From Terriglobia bacterium (GTDB lineage: Bacteria; Acidobacteriota; Polarisedimenticolia; Polarisedimenticolales; JAIQFR01), in NCBI GenBank assembly GCA_963748015.1, contig CAVVHE010000004.1:960001-1024000 (forward strand): a DNA stretch of 64,000 nt. Direction: 5' to 3'. A program made the position numbers and the translations under genes. Below are positions 1-8,969 of the stretch, in pieces. The notes below the pieces were generated by a model. It had not been told where the DNA came from. It made no database searches and saw nothing but the letters and a program-made list of their open reading frames with translations. How positions within the stretch are numbered: the stretch's first letter is position 1; each line of letters opens with the position of its first letter.

Positions 1-1
1 G

Positions 2-1033
2 AGCCTCCGGATCATCACGGACCTGATGGCGTACTGCGCGCGCCACGTCCCGAAGTGGAACACCATCTCGATCTCCGGCTACCACATCCGGGAAGCGGGC
101 TCGACGGCGGCCCAGGAGCTTGCCTTCACTCTCGCCGACGGCATCGGCTACGTCGAGGCGGGCATCGCGGCCGGCCTCGCGGTGGACGATTTCGCCCCGC
201 GGCTCTCGTACTTCTTCAACTCCCACAACGACTTCTTCGAGGAAATCGCCAAGATGCGCGCGGCGCGGCGCTTGTGGTCGCGCATCATGAAGGAGCGGTT
301 CGGGGCGAAGAGCCCGAGGTCGTGGGCCTGTCGCTTCCACACCCAGACCGCGGGCTGCTCCCTCACGGCCCAGCAACCGTACAACAACGTGGTCCGCGTC
401 ACCGTGCAGGCGCTCGCCGCGATCCTCGGCGGCACCCAGTCGCTCCACACCAATTCGCTCGACGAGACCCTCGCCCTCCCGAGCGAAGAGGCGGTGACGA
501 TCGCCCTGCGGACCCAGCAGATTCTCGCGGAAGAGTCGGGGGTCACGAACACGGTGGACCCGCTCGCGGGCTCCTACTTCGTGGAGACCCTGACCGACCG
601 CATGGAGCGCCTGGCCGCGGCGTACATCGAGAGGATCGACGCGATGGGCGGCATCGTGGCCGCCATCGAGGCAGGGTTCCCCCAGAAGGAGATCGCCGAC
701 GCGGCGTACCGCTACCAGCGCGAGGTGGACGACCGGACGAAGACGGTCGTCGGGGTCAACAAGTACGTCATGCAGGAGACCGCGCGTCCCGAGACGCTGA
801 AGATCGGGGAGGAGGTCGAGCACCAACAGCTCGCCCGGCTCCGCGACGTCAAGAAGCAGAGGGACTCCGCCGCCGTCAGCCGCGCCCTCGGCGAGCTCGC
901 GACTGCGGCGGAGCGCGGCGACAACCTGATCCCGCGGATGCTCGACGCGGTGCGGCTCTACGCGACCGTCGGCGAGGTCTCGAGCGCGCTGATTCCCGTC
1001 TTCGGGAAGTACCGCGAGGTGCCCGTTCTCTAG
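2..1033 (+). CDS. Methylmalonyl-CoA mutase family, large (substrate-binding) subunit; 5' end outside window
   Basis: Motifs [22 protein letters not shown] and [13 protein letters not shown]; the frame is open back to the window edge ([11 protein letters not shown]...). Confidence 0.93.
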   Translation, partial: SLRIITDLMAYCARHVPKWNTISISGYHIREAGSTAAQELAFTLADGIGYVEAGIAAGLAVDDFAPRLSYFFNSHNDFFEEIAKMRAARRLWSRIMKERFGAKSPRSWACRFHTQTAGCSLTAQQPYNNVVRVTVQALAAILGGTQSLHTNSLDETLALPSEEAVTIALRTQQILAEESGVTNTVDPLAGSYFVETLTDRMERLAAAYIERIDAMGGIVAAIEAGFPQKEIADAAYRYQREVDDRTKTVVGVNKYVMQETARPETLKIGEEVEHQQLARLRDVKKQRDSAAVSRALGELATAAERGDNLIPRMLDAVRLYATVGEVSSALIPVFGKYREVPVL

Positions 1034-1084
1034 GCGCGGGTCATCCCCGGGCGACGTGCTGCCGTCCCGGGAGCGAGGGGCGAC

Positions 1085-1495
1085 GTGAGCGAGGGACAGA
1101 GGCTCAGGCTGCTGGTGGGAAAGGTCGGGCTCGACGGGCACGACCGGGGAGCCAAGATCATCGCCCGCGCGTTCCGGGACGCCGGGTTCGAGGTGATCTA
1201 CACCGGCCTTCACCAGTCTCCGGAGATGGTGGTGAGCACCGCCATCCAGGAAGACGTGGACGCCATCGCGCTCTCGGTGCTGTCGGGCGCCCACAATTAC
1301 CTCTTCGTGCGCGTGATCGAGCTGCTCAGGGAGAAGGGAGCGGGGGACATCGCCGTCTTCGGCGGCGGGATCGTCCCGGAAGAGGACATCCCGCGGCTCA
1401 GGTCCGCCGGCGTCCTCGAGGTCTTCACGCCAGGCACGTCCACCGAACAGGCCGTGGCCTGGGTCAAGGCGAACATCCACCCGCGATCCCTGTAG
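1085..1495 (+). CDS. Cobalamin (B12)-binding subunit of methylmalonyl-CoA mutase family enzyme
   Basis: [10 protein letters not shown] (DxHxxG) B12-binding motif plus SVLSGAH and GGIVP; directly follows the large subunit. Confidence 0.93.
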   Translation: MSEGQRLRLLVGKVGLDGHDRGAKIIARAFRDAGFEVIYTGLHQSPEMVVSTAIQEDVDAIALSVLSGAHNYLFVRVIELLREKGAGDIAVFGGGIVPEEDIPRLRSAGVLEVFTPGTSTEQAVAWVKANIHPRSL

Positions 1496-1534
1496 AGCAC
1501 GGCCCGCGCGGGCAACCATGTAGGAGGGCGAGCC

Positions 1535-2455
1535 ATGACGAGGACGATCCTGCTGGCCGACGACAGCGTCACCATCCGGAAGGTGGTGGAGCTCACCTTC
1601 TCCGACACCGACATCCGGGTCGAGGCCGTCGAGTCCGGCCAGGAGGCGATGGAGCGGCTCGACAAGATGGAGCCCGACATCGTCCTCGCCGACGTCGTGA
1701 TGCCCGGTCCCACGGGCTACGAGATCTGCGAGAGGGTGAAGGGCTCGGCGCGGCCGGTGCCGGTGCTGCTCCTGGCCGGCACGTTCGAGCCGTTCGACCC
1801 CGACCGGGCCCGGGCGTGCGGCGCCGACGGGCACCTCGTCAAGCCGTTCGAGTCCCGCACGCTCGTGCAACGCGTCGAGGCGCTCCTGGCGCGAGGCTTC
1901 CTGGCGGCTCCCGCTCCGCCCGTCGCCGCCGAGGAGGAGCTGGAAGCCGTCCTGGACGATCTGGCGGCGCGCGACGAGTTCGCCGCCGCCTCGCCGGCCC
2001 CGGAGCCGTCCGGGGCCCGCCACGACCTCGCCGCGGTCCCCGCGGGAGAGCCGGAAACTCCCGTGGCCGGACAGCCCGCGGCGTGGGACAACGGTACCGC
2101 GGCGGGCTCCCCGGAGACCGTCCGGGGCGCGGACGAGGGACTACGGGCGCCGGATGGGCGCCTCAGCCTGTCGCCGGAGGACGCCGACGCGATCGCCCAG
2201 GCGATCCTGACCAGGTTGGGGGGGATCGACGCGCTCGCCCAGGCGGTCCTCGGTCAGGCCGGAGGAGTGGAGGAGATCGCTCGCGCGGCGCTGCTCCGGC
2301 TCGGCGGAATCGACGCGCTCGCCCGACCGATCATCCAGCGGCTCGGGAGCGAAGCGCTGCGCGAGATCGCATGGGAGGTCGTTCCGGATCTCGCCGAGCT
2401 CCTGATTCGCGAACGGCTGCGCCAGATCGAGACCGAAGAGCACGGGCGCGGCTGA
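1535..2455 (+). CDS. romR: RomR-like response regulator (receiver domain, Pro/Ala/Glu linker, conserved C-terminal helix)
   Basis: Receiver motifs LLADDSVTIRKVV, LADVVMP, LLLAGTFEPFD and KPFES; C-terminal EIAWEVVPDLAELLIRERL; directly upstream of valS. All match the Myxococcus RomR pattern as I recall it. Confidence 0.75.
   Translation: MTRTILLADDSVTIRKVVELTFSDTDIRVEAVESGQEAMERLDKMEPDIVLADVVMPGPTGYEICERVKGSARPVPVLLLAGTFEPFDPDRARACGADGHLVKPFESRTLVQRVEALLARGFLAAPAPPVAAEEELEAVLDDLAARDEFAAASPAPEPSGARHDLAAVPAGEPETPVAGQPAAWDNGTAAGSPETVRGADEGLRAPDGRLSLSPEDADAIAQAILTRLGGIDALAQAVLGQAGGVEEIARAALLRLGGIDALARPIIQRLGSEALREIAWEVVPDLAELLIRERLRQIETEEHGRG
2186..2350 (+). repeat. Four imperfect 42-bp (14-aa) tandem repeats within the RomR-like gene
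   Basis: Units start at 2186, 2228, 2270 and 2312: DAIAQAILTRLGGI / DALAQAVLGQAGGV / EEIARAALLRLGGI / DALARPIIQRLGS. Confidence 0.8.
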
Positions 2456-2518
2456 GCGCCGGGGCGGCCCCGCGGGAACCGCCGCGCCCGCGGACGGCCC
2501 GAACACAACGAGGTAAGG

Positions 2519-5188
2519 ATGGAGATCGACAAGGAGTACCGTCCCGAGACCGTCGAGGGACGCTGGTACGGGGAGTGGATCGAGCACGGGCTGTTCGAGG
2601 CGAAGCCGGAATCCGGGCGCAGTCCCTTCTGCATGGTCATCCCGCCGCCGAACGTGACCGGGAATCTGCACATCGGCCACGTGCTCGTTTACACGCTGCA
2701 CGACATCGTGGCGCGCTGGCGGCGCATGCAGGGCCGGGACGTCCTGTGGCTTCCCGGAACCGACCACGCGGGCATCGCGACGCAGACCGTCGTCGAGCGC
2801 GAGCTCCTCAAGCAGGGAACGGACCGCCACGCCCTCGGCCGCGAGGCGTTCGTGGAGCGGGTCTGGGAGTGGAAGGGCACGTACGGCGGGAGGATCGTGG
2901 GCGCGCTCAAGGAGCTCGGGTCCTCCTGCGACTGGACGCGCGAGCGCTTCACGCTCGACGAGGGACTGTCGAAGGCCGTGCGCGCGGTCTTCGTCCGCCT
3001 CTACCGCGAGGGGTTGATCTACCGTGACCGGTACATCGTCAACTGGTGCCCCCGCTGTCACACCGCGATCTCGGATCTCGAGACGGTGCACCAGCCCACA
3101 CGGGGGAAGCTCTACACGGTCCGCTACCCCTCCGCCGACGGCCGCGGGAAGGGGATCACGGTGGCCACGACGAGGCCCGAGACGATGCTGGGCGACGCCG
3201 CGGTCGCCGTGCATCCGGACGACGACCGCTACCGCTCGATGGTCGGGAGACAGATCGTGCTCCCGCTCGTCGGCCGCACGATCCCCGTCGTGGCCGACGC
3301 GTTCGTCGATCCCTCGTTCGGGACCGGCGCGGTGAAGGTCACCCCCGCGCACGATCCGAACGACTTCCTGGCGGGACAGCGCCACGGTCTCGCCCAGGTG
3401 GTGGTCATCGACACCTCCGGCAAGATGACCGAGGAGGCGGGGGAGTTCGCCGGCCTCGACCGGCTCCAGGCCCGGAAGCGGATCGTGCAGCGCCTCGAGG
3501 ACCAGGGGCTTCTCCTCGAGGTCAAGGACCACGAGCACGCCGTCGGCCACTGCCAGCGGTGCTCCACGATGATCGAGCCGCTCCTCTCCAGGCAGTGGTT
3601 CGTGAAGATCGCGCCGCTGGCGGAGCCCGCCGTCGAGGCGGTGCGCGACGGGCGGGTCCAGTTCGTCCCCGCGTCGTGGTCGAAGACTTACTTCGAGTGG
3701 ATGAGCAACATCCACGACTGGTGCATCTCCCGCCAGCTCTGGTGGGGACACCGCATTCCCGCCTGGTACTGCGACGCGTGCGGCAACGTCGAGGTCTCGG
3801 AGGAGGACCCGCCGGCCTGCACACGCTGCGGCGGCGCGCTGCGGCAGGACGAGGACGTTCTCGACACCTGGTTCTCGTCGGCCCTGTGGCCGTTCAGCAC
3901 GCTCGGCTGGCCCGAGCGCACCGCGGACCTCGCGAGGTACTACCCGACGAGCCTGCTCATCACCGGTTTCGACATCATCTTCTTCTGGGTCGCCCGGATG
4001 CTGATGATGGGACTCAAGTTCATGGGGGACGTGCCGTTCCGGGAGGTCTACATCCACGGTCTCGTGCGCGACGCGCAGGGCCAGAAGATGTCGAAATCCA
4101 AGGGGAACACCATCGAGCCGGCGGAGCTGCACTCGAAGTACGGCACCGACGCGGTCCGGTTCACCATGGCGATCCTCGCCGCGCCCGGGAACGACATCCC
4201 CCTCTCGCCGGAGCGGATGGACGGCTACAGGGCGTTCGCGAACAAGCTCTGGAACGCCTCCCGCTTCGTCCTCCTCCGGCTCGGCGACGAGCCGCTCCCC
4301 GCGGTCGGGGATCGAGCCCCGCTGACGCTGACCGACCGATGGATCCTCTCGCGCACCCACCACGTCATCCGCGAGGCGGAGGGCGCTCTCGAGCAGTACC
4401 GCTTCGACCGTGCCGCGGACGCGATCTACCACTTCGCCTGGCACGAGTTCTGCGACTGGTACATCGAGTTCGTGAAGCCCGACCTGATGGCCGCGAGGGA
4501 AGGGGAGGCCGCGCCCGACCCGGCGCGCGCCGCCACGGCCCGGTCGGTCCTGGTCGAGGTGCTCGACGCCCTTCTCCGCCTCCTGCACCCGTTCATGCCG
4601 TTTATCACCGAGGAGCTGTGGCAGAAGATCCCGCACGAGGGGCGCTACCTGGCCGAGGCGGCGTGGCCCGAGGCGAACGAGGCGAGGCTCGACGTCCGGG
4701 CGGAGCGAGACGTCGAGCTCCTGCAGGACCTCGTGGTGAAGGTGCGCAACCTCAGGGTCGAGTCCAACATCGATCCCTCCCGGCGCATCGACGTCCTGGT
4801 TCACGCGTCGAGTTCCAGGAACGCGCATCTCGTGGAGGAGCAGGCCGCTCTGGTCGCGACCCTCTGTCGCGCCGCGTCCGTCAAGACCGTTCCCGCGTTC
4901 GAGGCGGGGCTGGTCGCGGCCCGCGGCGTGGTACGCGGTATCGAGATCGCCTTGCCGCTCGCCGGCCTCCTCGACTTCGAGGCCGAGCGCGCCCGCCTCA
5001 CGAAGGACCTCTCCCGCATCGACGCCGACCTCGACGGGAGGGCCCGCAAGCTCGGCAACGAGTCGTTCCTCCTGCGCGCCCCTGCCGACGTCGTCGAGCG
5101 GGAGCGTGCCGCGCAGAAGGAGCTTCTCGACAAGAAGAAGCGGATCGAGAGCACCCTCGCTTCGCTCGGCGACGGGCCGCGGCCGTGA
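2519..5188 (+). CDS. valS: Valine--tRNA ligase
   Basis: PPPNVTGNLHIGH (HIGH), KMSKS, DWCISRQLWWGHRIP and a C-terminal coiled coil; 889 aa. Confidence 0.98.
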   Translation: MEIDKEYRPETVEGRWYGEWIEHGLFEAKPESGRSPFCMVIPPPNVTGNLHIGHVLVYTLHDIVARWRRMQGRDVLWLPGTDHAGIATQTVVERELLKQGTDRHALGREAFVERVWEWKGTYGGRIVGALKELGSSCDWTRERFTLDEGLSKAVRAVFVRLYREGLIYRDRYIVNWCPRCHTAISDLETVHQPTRGKLYTVRYPSADGRGKGITVATTRPETMLGDAAVAVHPDDDRYRSMVGRQIVLPLVGRTIPVVADAFVDPSFGTGAVKVTPAHDPNDFLAGQRHGLAQVVVIDTSGKMTEEAGEFAGLDRLQARKRIVQRLEDQGLLLEVKDHEHAVGHCQRCSTMIEPLLSRQWFVKIAPLAEPAVEAVRDGRVQFVPASWSKTYFEWMSNIHDWCISRQLWWGHRIPAWYCDACGNVEVSEEDPPACTRCGGALRQDEDVLDTWFSSALWPFSTLGWPERTADLARYYPTSLLITGFDIIFFWVARMLMMGLKFMGDVPFREVYIHGLVRDAQGQKMSKSKGNTIEPAELHSKYGTDAVRFTMAILAAPGNDIPLSPERMDGYRAFANKLWNASRFVLLRLGDEPLPAVGDRAPLTLTDRWILSRTHHVIREAEGALEQYRFDRAADAIYHFAWHEFCDWYIEFVKPDLMAAREGEAAPDPARAATARSVLVEVLDALLRLLHPFMPFITEELWQKIPHEGRYLAEAAWPEANEARLDVRAERDVELLQDLVVKVRNLRVESNIDPSRRIDVLVHASSSRNAHLVEEQAALVATLCRAASVKTVPAFEAGLVAARGVVRGIEIALPLAGLLDFEAERARLTKDLSRIDADLDGRARKLGNESFLLRAPADVVERERAAQKELLDKKKRIESTLASLGDGPRP

Positions 5189-6042
5189 CCCTGCCCGTTC
5201 TCGATCCCGTGGTCGTCCGCGGGATCGTGAGGGCTGCCCTGGACGAAGACCTCGGCGACCGAGGGGACCTCACCACCGCCGCGGTGGTTCCCGTCTCCGC
5301 GCGAGGGCGGGGCAAGATCGTCGCCCGCGGGGATCTGATCGTCGCCGGCCTTCCCGTCGCGCGGGAGGTGTTCAGAACGCTCGATCCCTCGCTCCGATTC
5401 GAGGCTCTCCGCCCCGAGGGCGACCCGGCGGCGGCCGGGGACGTGCTGGCCGAGGTCACGGGCCAAGCCCGGCCGATCCTCGAGGGAGAGCGGACGGCGC
5501 TCAATTTCCTGGGACGGATGTGCGGGATCGCGACGGCGGCCCGCGCCGCCGTCCTGGAAGTCGCGGGGACCGACGCGACGATCCTCGACACGCGGAAGAC
5601 CGCTCCCGGGCTCCGGGTCCTGGACAAGTACGCTGTGGCCGCCGGCGGCGCGACCAACCATCGGGTCGGCCTGTTCGACGCGGTGATGGTCAAGGACACG
5701 CACCTCGCGGTAGCCGGGCCGGTGGAGCTCGCCGTCGCCCGCGCGCTCGCCGCCGGGCACCCCGCCGCGATCGTGACCGCGGAGGTCGGAACGATCGAGG
5801 AGATGGAGAGGGCGATCCGGGCCGGCGCCGGCAGGATCCTGCTCGACAACATGGACGTCGGGACCTTGCGGCGCTGCGTCCGGCAGGCGGCGGGCCGCGC
5901 TCAGCTCGAGGCCTCGGGCGGTCTCAAGCCGGGGGCGCTCCGCGCGGTCGCCGAGACCGGCGTCTCGTTCCTGAGCCTCGGCTGGCTGACCCACTCGGTC
6001 CGGGCCGCGGACGTCGCGCTCGACATGGAGGCCCTCCCCTGA
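5185..6042 (+). CDS. nadC: Quinolinate phosphoribosyltransferase (nicotinate-nucleotide diphosphorylase)
   Basis: GTG start overlaps the valS TGA; motifs ALDEDLG..GDLTT, ERTALNFL, DTRKTAPGLR, ILLDNM and LEASGG. Confidence 0.95.
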   Translation: MTLPVLDPVVVRGIVRAALDEDLGDRGDLTTAAVVPVSARGRGKIVARGDLIVAGLPVAREVFRTLDPSLRFEALRPEGDPAAAGDVLAEVTGQARPILEGERTALNFLGRMCGIATAARAAVLEVAGTDATILDTRKTAPGLRVLDKYAVAAGGATNHRVGLFDAVMVKDTHLAVAGPVELAVARALAAGHPAAIVTAEVGTIEEMERAIRAGAGRILLDNMDVGTLRRCVRQAAGRAQLEASGGLKPGALRAVAETGVSFLSLGWLTHSVRAADVALDMEALP

Positions 6043-6851
6043 CCGCCCCGTCGCTCGACCGCGCGCGCCTCGAGGCGCTCCTCTCGCACCCGTTCGTGCG
6101 AACGCTCGTCGTTCTCGACGCGGTGGACTCCACCAACGACGAGGCCCGCCGTCTCGCGGCCGCGGGAGCGGCGGCAGGAACGGTCGTGATCGCCGAGCGG
6201 CAGACCGCCGGCCGGGGACGGCAGGGGCGTGCCTGGTACTCCGCGCCGCGGCACGGTCTGTACCTGTCCGTCCTTTTTCGCCCGAGCCGTCCCGCGGAGG
6301 AGTTTCCACGCTGGGCGCTCGCCGCCGCCGCGGCGGGCTGTCTCGCCGTCCGGGAAGCGGGGGCCGCTCGGGCCGCGGTGGAGTGGCCGAACGACATCGT
6401 CTGCGACGGGCTCAAGCTGGGCGGCACGCTGGTGGAGGCTCGAGGCTCCGGGTCGACCCACCCGGAGCTCGTGGTCGGCACCGGCATCAACCTCGGCCAT
6501 TCCCGCGAGGACTTCCCGCCGGAGCTCCGCGGCGTGGCGGGGTCCGTCAGGACCGCGACAGGGGACTGGGCGGGCGACCGCGAGGCGTTTGCGGCATCCT
6601 ATCTGTGCCGGCTCGGCGAGCTCGAGGCAGAGCTGGCGGAGGGGCGATTCGAACCCGTGCGGCGAGCCTGGACGCCGCTGGCCCCTCGCGCCACGGGACA
6701 TCGCGTCGCCGTGACGCCGGCGGGAGGCGCGCCGCGGTTCGAGGGCACCACCATGGGGATCGACGACTCCGGCGCTCTGCGCGTGGAGACGGACGGCGGC
6801 GGAGTCGAGATCGTGCGGGCCACCGGATCGGTGGCCTGGCTGGAGACCTGA
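6039..6851 (+). CDS. birA: Biotin--[acetyl-CoA-carboxylase] ligase (no HTH domain); start uncertain, CTG proposed
   Basis: DSTNDEA, AERQTAGRGRQGRAW, EWPNDI and KLGGTL motifs. Confidence 0.9.
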   Translation: MTAPSLDRARLEALLSHPFVRTLVVLDAVDSTNDEARRLAAAGAAAGTVVIAERQTAGRGRQGRAWYSAPRHGLYLSVLFRPSRPAEEFPRWALAAAAAGCLAVREAGAARAAVEWPNDIVCDGLKLGGTLVEARGSGSTHPELVVGTGINLGHSREDFPPELRGVAGSVRTATGDWAGDREAFAASYLCRLGELEAELAEGRFEPVRRAWTPLAPRATGHRVAVTPAGGAPRFEGTTMGIDDSGALRVETDGGGVEIVRATGSVAWLET

Positions 6852-6852
6852 G

Positions 6853-7620
6853 ATGCTCCTCGCCATCGACGTGGGGAACACCCACACCGTTCTCGGTCTC
6901 TTCGAGGGGGAGATCGTCCGGGCGCACTGGCGCGTCTCGACGCGCAAGGACGCCACGCCCGACGAGGTCGGCGTTCTTCTCCGCGAGTTGTTCGCGGGAG
7001 CGGACCTCGACCCCGCGGCGGTCACGGGCGTCATCGTGTCGTCCGTCGTGCCGGACCTGAACGGCGTGCTCGCCAAGGCGGGGGCGCGCTACTTCGGCCG
7101 CGATCCGCTGTTCGTCGAGCCGGGCGTCAAGACCGGCCTCCCGATCCTCTACGAGAACCCGCACGAGGTCGGCGCGGACCGCATCGTCAACGCGGTGGCG
7201 GCGGTGGCCCGCTACGGAACGCCGGTGATCATCCTGGATTTCGGGACGGCGACCACACTCGACGTCGTCAGCGCGAAGGGAGAGTACCTCGGCGGAGTGA
7301 TCGCTCCGGGGCTCGGCATCTCCGCCGAGGCGCTGTTCGCCCGCGCCGCCAGGCTGTCCCGCGTCCCCCTCAAGCGGCCGAGGAGGGTGATCGGCTCCAA
7401 CACGGAAGAGAGCGTTCAGTCCGGGCTGTTCCACGGCTACGCCTCGCTCGTGGAGGGGCTCGTGCGGCGCGTCCGCGCGGAGCTCGGCGCGGAGGCCAGG
7501 GTCGTCGCGACCGGAGGCCTCGCGCGGGTCTTCGAGGGGGAGATGCCGTTCCTCGACGCCGTCGATCCCGGCCTCACGCTCGAGGGGCTTCGCCTGATCT
7601 GGGAGAAGAACCGCCGGTGA
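6853..7620 (+). CDS. coaX: Type III pantothenate kinase
   Basis: LLAIDVGNT, VGADR, LDFGTATT and GGVIAPG motifs; birA-coaX synteny. Confidence 0.96.
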   Translation: MLLAIDVGNTHTVLGLFEGEIVRAHWRVSTRKDATPDEVGVLLRELFAGADLDPAAVTGVIVSSVVPDLNGVLAKAGARYFGRDPLFVEPGVKTGLPILYENPHEVGADRIVNAVAAVARYGTPVIILDFGTATTLDVVSAKGEYLGGVIAPGLGISAEALFARAARLSRVPLKRPRRVIGSNTEESVQSGLFHGYASLVEGLVRRVRAELGAEARVVATGGLARVFEGEMPFLDAVDPGLTLEGLRLIWEKNRR

Positions 7621-8087
7621 AGGTCCTCTTCGTCTGCAGCGGGAACATCTGCCGGAGCGCGATGGCGGCGGAGTACGCCCGCCGCCGGCTAGCCTCCTCG
7701 GGGTTGAGCCACATCGTGGTGGACTCGGCGGGAACGCTCGGCATCGAGGGAGCGCGCGCCACCCCCGAAGCGATTCAGGTCCTCCTCGACGCGGGAATGG
7801 ACCTGAGCCGGCACCGGTCCCGCGGGATCGCCGCCCACGACCTTCGTACCGCCGATCTGGTGCTCGTCATGACGATCGATCACCTCTCGGAGCTCGATCG
7901 CCGCTTCCCCTCCGGGACGAACAAGCGCTTCCTGCTGCGGGCGTTCGAGGAAGGCCCGGAGCCGGAGGACGGCGCGCTCGATCTCGACGACCCGATCGGG
8001 GAGCCGATCGAGATCTACCGCGAGACGCTCGCCGTGATCCGGACGTGCGTGGACCACCTCGTCCTGCACCTCAAGCACGCGTGGTGA
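7617..8087 (+). CDS. Low-molecular-weight protein-tyrosine phosphatase
   Basis: P-loop VLFVCSGNICRS (CX5R), DSAGT and a DDPIG acid loop. Confidence 0.9.
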   Translation: MKVLFVCSGNICRSAMAAEYARRRLASSGLSHIVVDSAGTLGIEGARATPEAIQVLLDAGMDLSRHRSRGIAAHDLRTADLVLVMTIDHLSELDRRFPSGTNKRFLLRAFEEGPEPEDGALDLDDPIGEPIEIYRETLAVIRTCVDHLVLHLKHAW

Positions 8088-8722
8088 GAAAGGGAACAGG
8101 GGCCGTGCGCTACGTCAGGGCCGTCGAGCGGGCCCTCGCCGCCCTCGACAGCCGGCCGTTCGTGCTGTCGGCCCGCGACTTCGCCCGCGTGTCGGACTGG
8201 TATGCCCGCGGCATCCCGCTCGGCCTCGTGCGCGAGGTGCTCGACGAGAAGTCGCGGCGGGCGCCGGGAGGGCTCCCGGCGGGCCGGGCCCTCTCCAAGA
8301 TCGCTCCCGCAATCGAGGAGGCCTGGCAGGCCGTTCTCGAGGGACGCCTCGGCGCGACCGCGGTTCCCCAGGCCGAGCCGTTGCCCACGATCGACAGGGC
8401 CATCGACGCGTGGCGACGGGCCCGCGATGCGGCCACGGGAACGCCCCTCGAGGCGCTGATCCGAGCGCTGCTCGCCCGTGGCGCCTCCGGCGATCGCCCC
8501 GAGGACCTGGACGCCGAGCTCGACCTCGCCCTCCCTGCCGCCGCCCCGCCGGCGATCGTGGAGCAGGTCGAGGCCGAGACGACCCGCGACCTCGAGCCCT
8601 TCCGCAAGCGCATGGAGGCGTCCGTCTTCGACGCCACGCGGCGCCGCTCCGTCGCCGACCGCTTGAGGCGAGCCCTCGACCTCCCTCGCCTCGCGCTGAC
8701 CCGCCCCCTCGTTCGAGACTGA
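8084..8722 (+). CDS. Hypothetical protein with a possible DnaD-like N-terminal helical domain
   Basis: GTG overlaps the upstream TGA; coding-type codon usage; segment LSARDFARVSDWYARGIPLGLVREVL. Confidence 0.7.
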   Translation: MRKGTGAVRYVRAVERALAALDSRPFVLSARDFARVSDWYARGIPLGLVREVLDEKSRRAPGGLPAGRALSKIAPAIEEAWQAVLEGRLGATAVPQAEPLPTIDRAIDAWRRARDAATGTPLEALIRALLARGASGDRPEDLDAELDLALPAAAPPAIVEQVEAETTRDLEPFRKRMEASVFDATRRRSVADRLRRALDLPRLALTRPLVRD

Positions 8723-8768
8723 ACGGGTTCGCAGACGACCCTCTTCCGAATCGGCGAGATGGCGTTCA
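8720..8768. repeat. Degenerate copy of REP-like hairpin element
   Basis: GCAGACGACCCTCTTCCGAATCGGCGA (8731-8757) resembles the copy at 8816; flanked by TGAACG/CGTTCA. Confidence 0.5.
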
Positions 8769-8797
8769 TCCGAGGGCTACCGGCTGACGGGCGGAGG

Positions 8798-8860
8798 ACG
8801 CGGCCGGGAATGTCCGCAGACGACCCTTTTCTGGGTCGGCGAGGACGTTCCCGGCCGCGT
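8798..8860. repeat. REP-like hairpin element (GYAG, inner palindrome, long outer stem)
   Basis: ACGCGGCCGGGAATGTCC-GCAGA-CGACCC-TTTTCT-GGGTCG-GCGA-GGACGTTCCCGGCCGCGT. Confidence 0.7.
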
Positions 8861-8969
8861 TCGAAGCCTCGGGCTCCCACTGCGAGAAGACGAGGCGGCG
8901 AAATGGCGCGGGGTGTCGGCCCGTCCTCGCGTGTAGAATGAGACCGGTCCCCGCCTCGGGGGAGGGGAT

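Noticed and set aside
55..6042. Very long overlapping ORFs (55-3027, 2141-4828, most of 3046-6042) and similar ones across the window
   Set aside because: Shadow ORFs of GC-rich coding DNA with no recognisable motifs. Only the 3' parts matching nadC, birA and similar genes are real.
8720..8860. CRISPR array or integron attC sites
   Set aside because: Only two adjacent imperfect copies, no regular spacers, no cas or intI genes, and no RYYYAAC/GTTRRRY ends.
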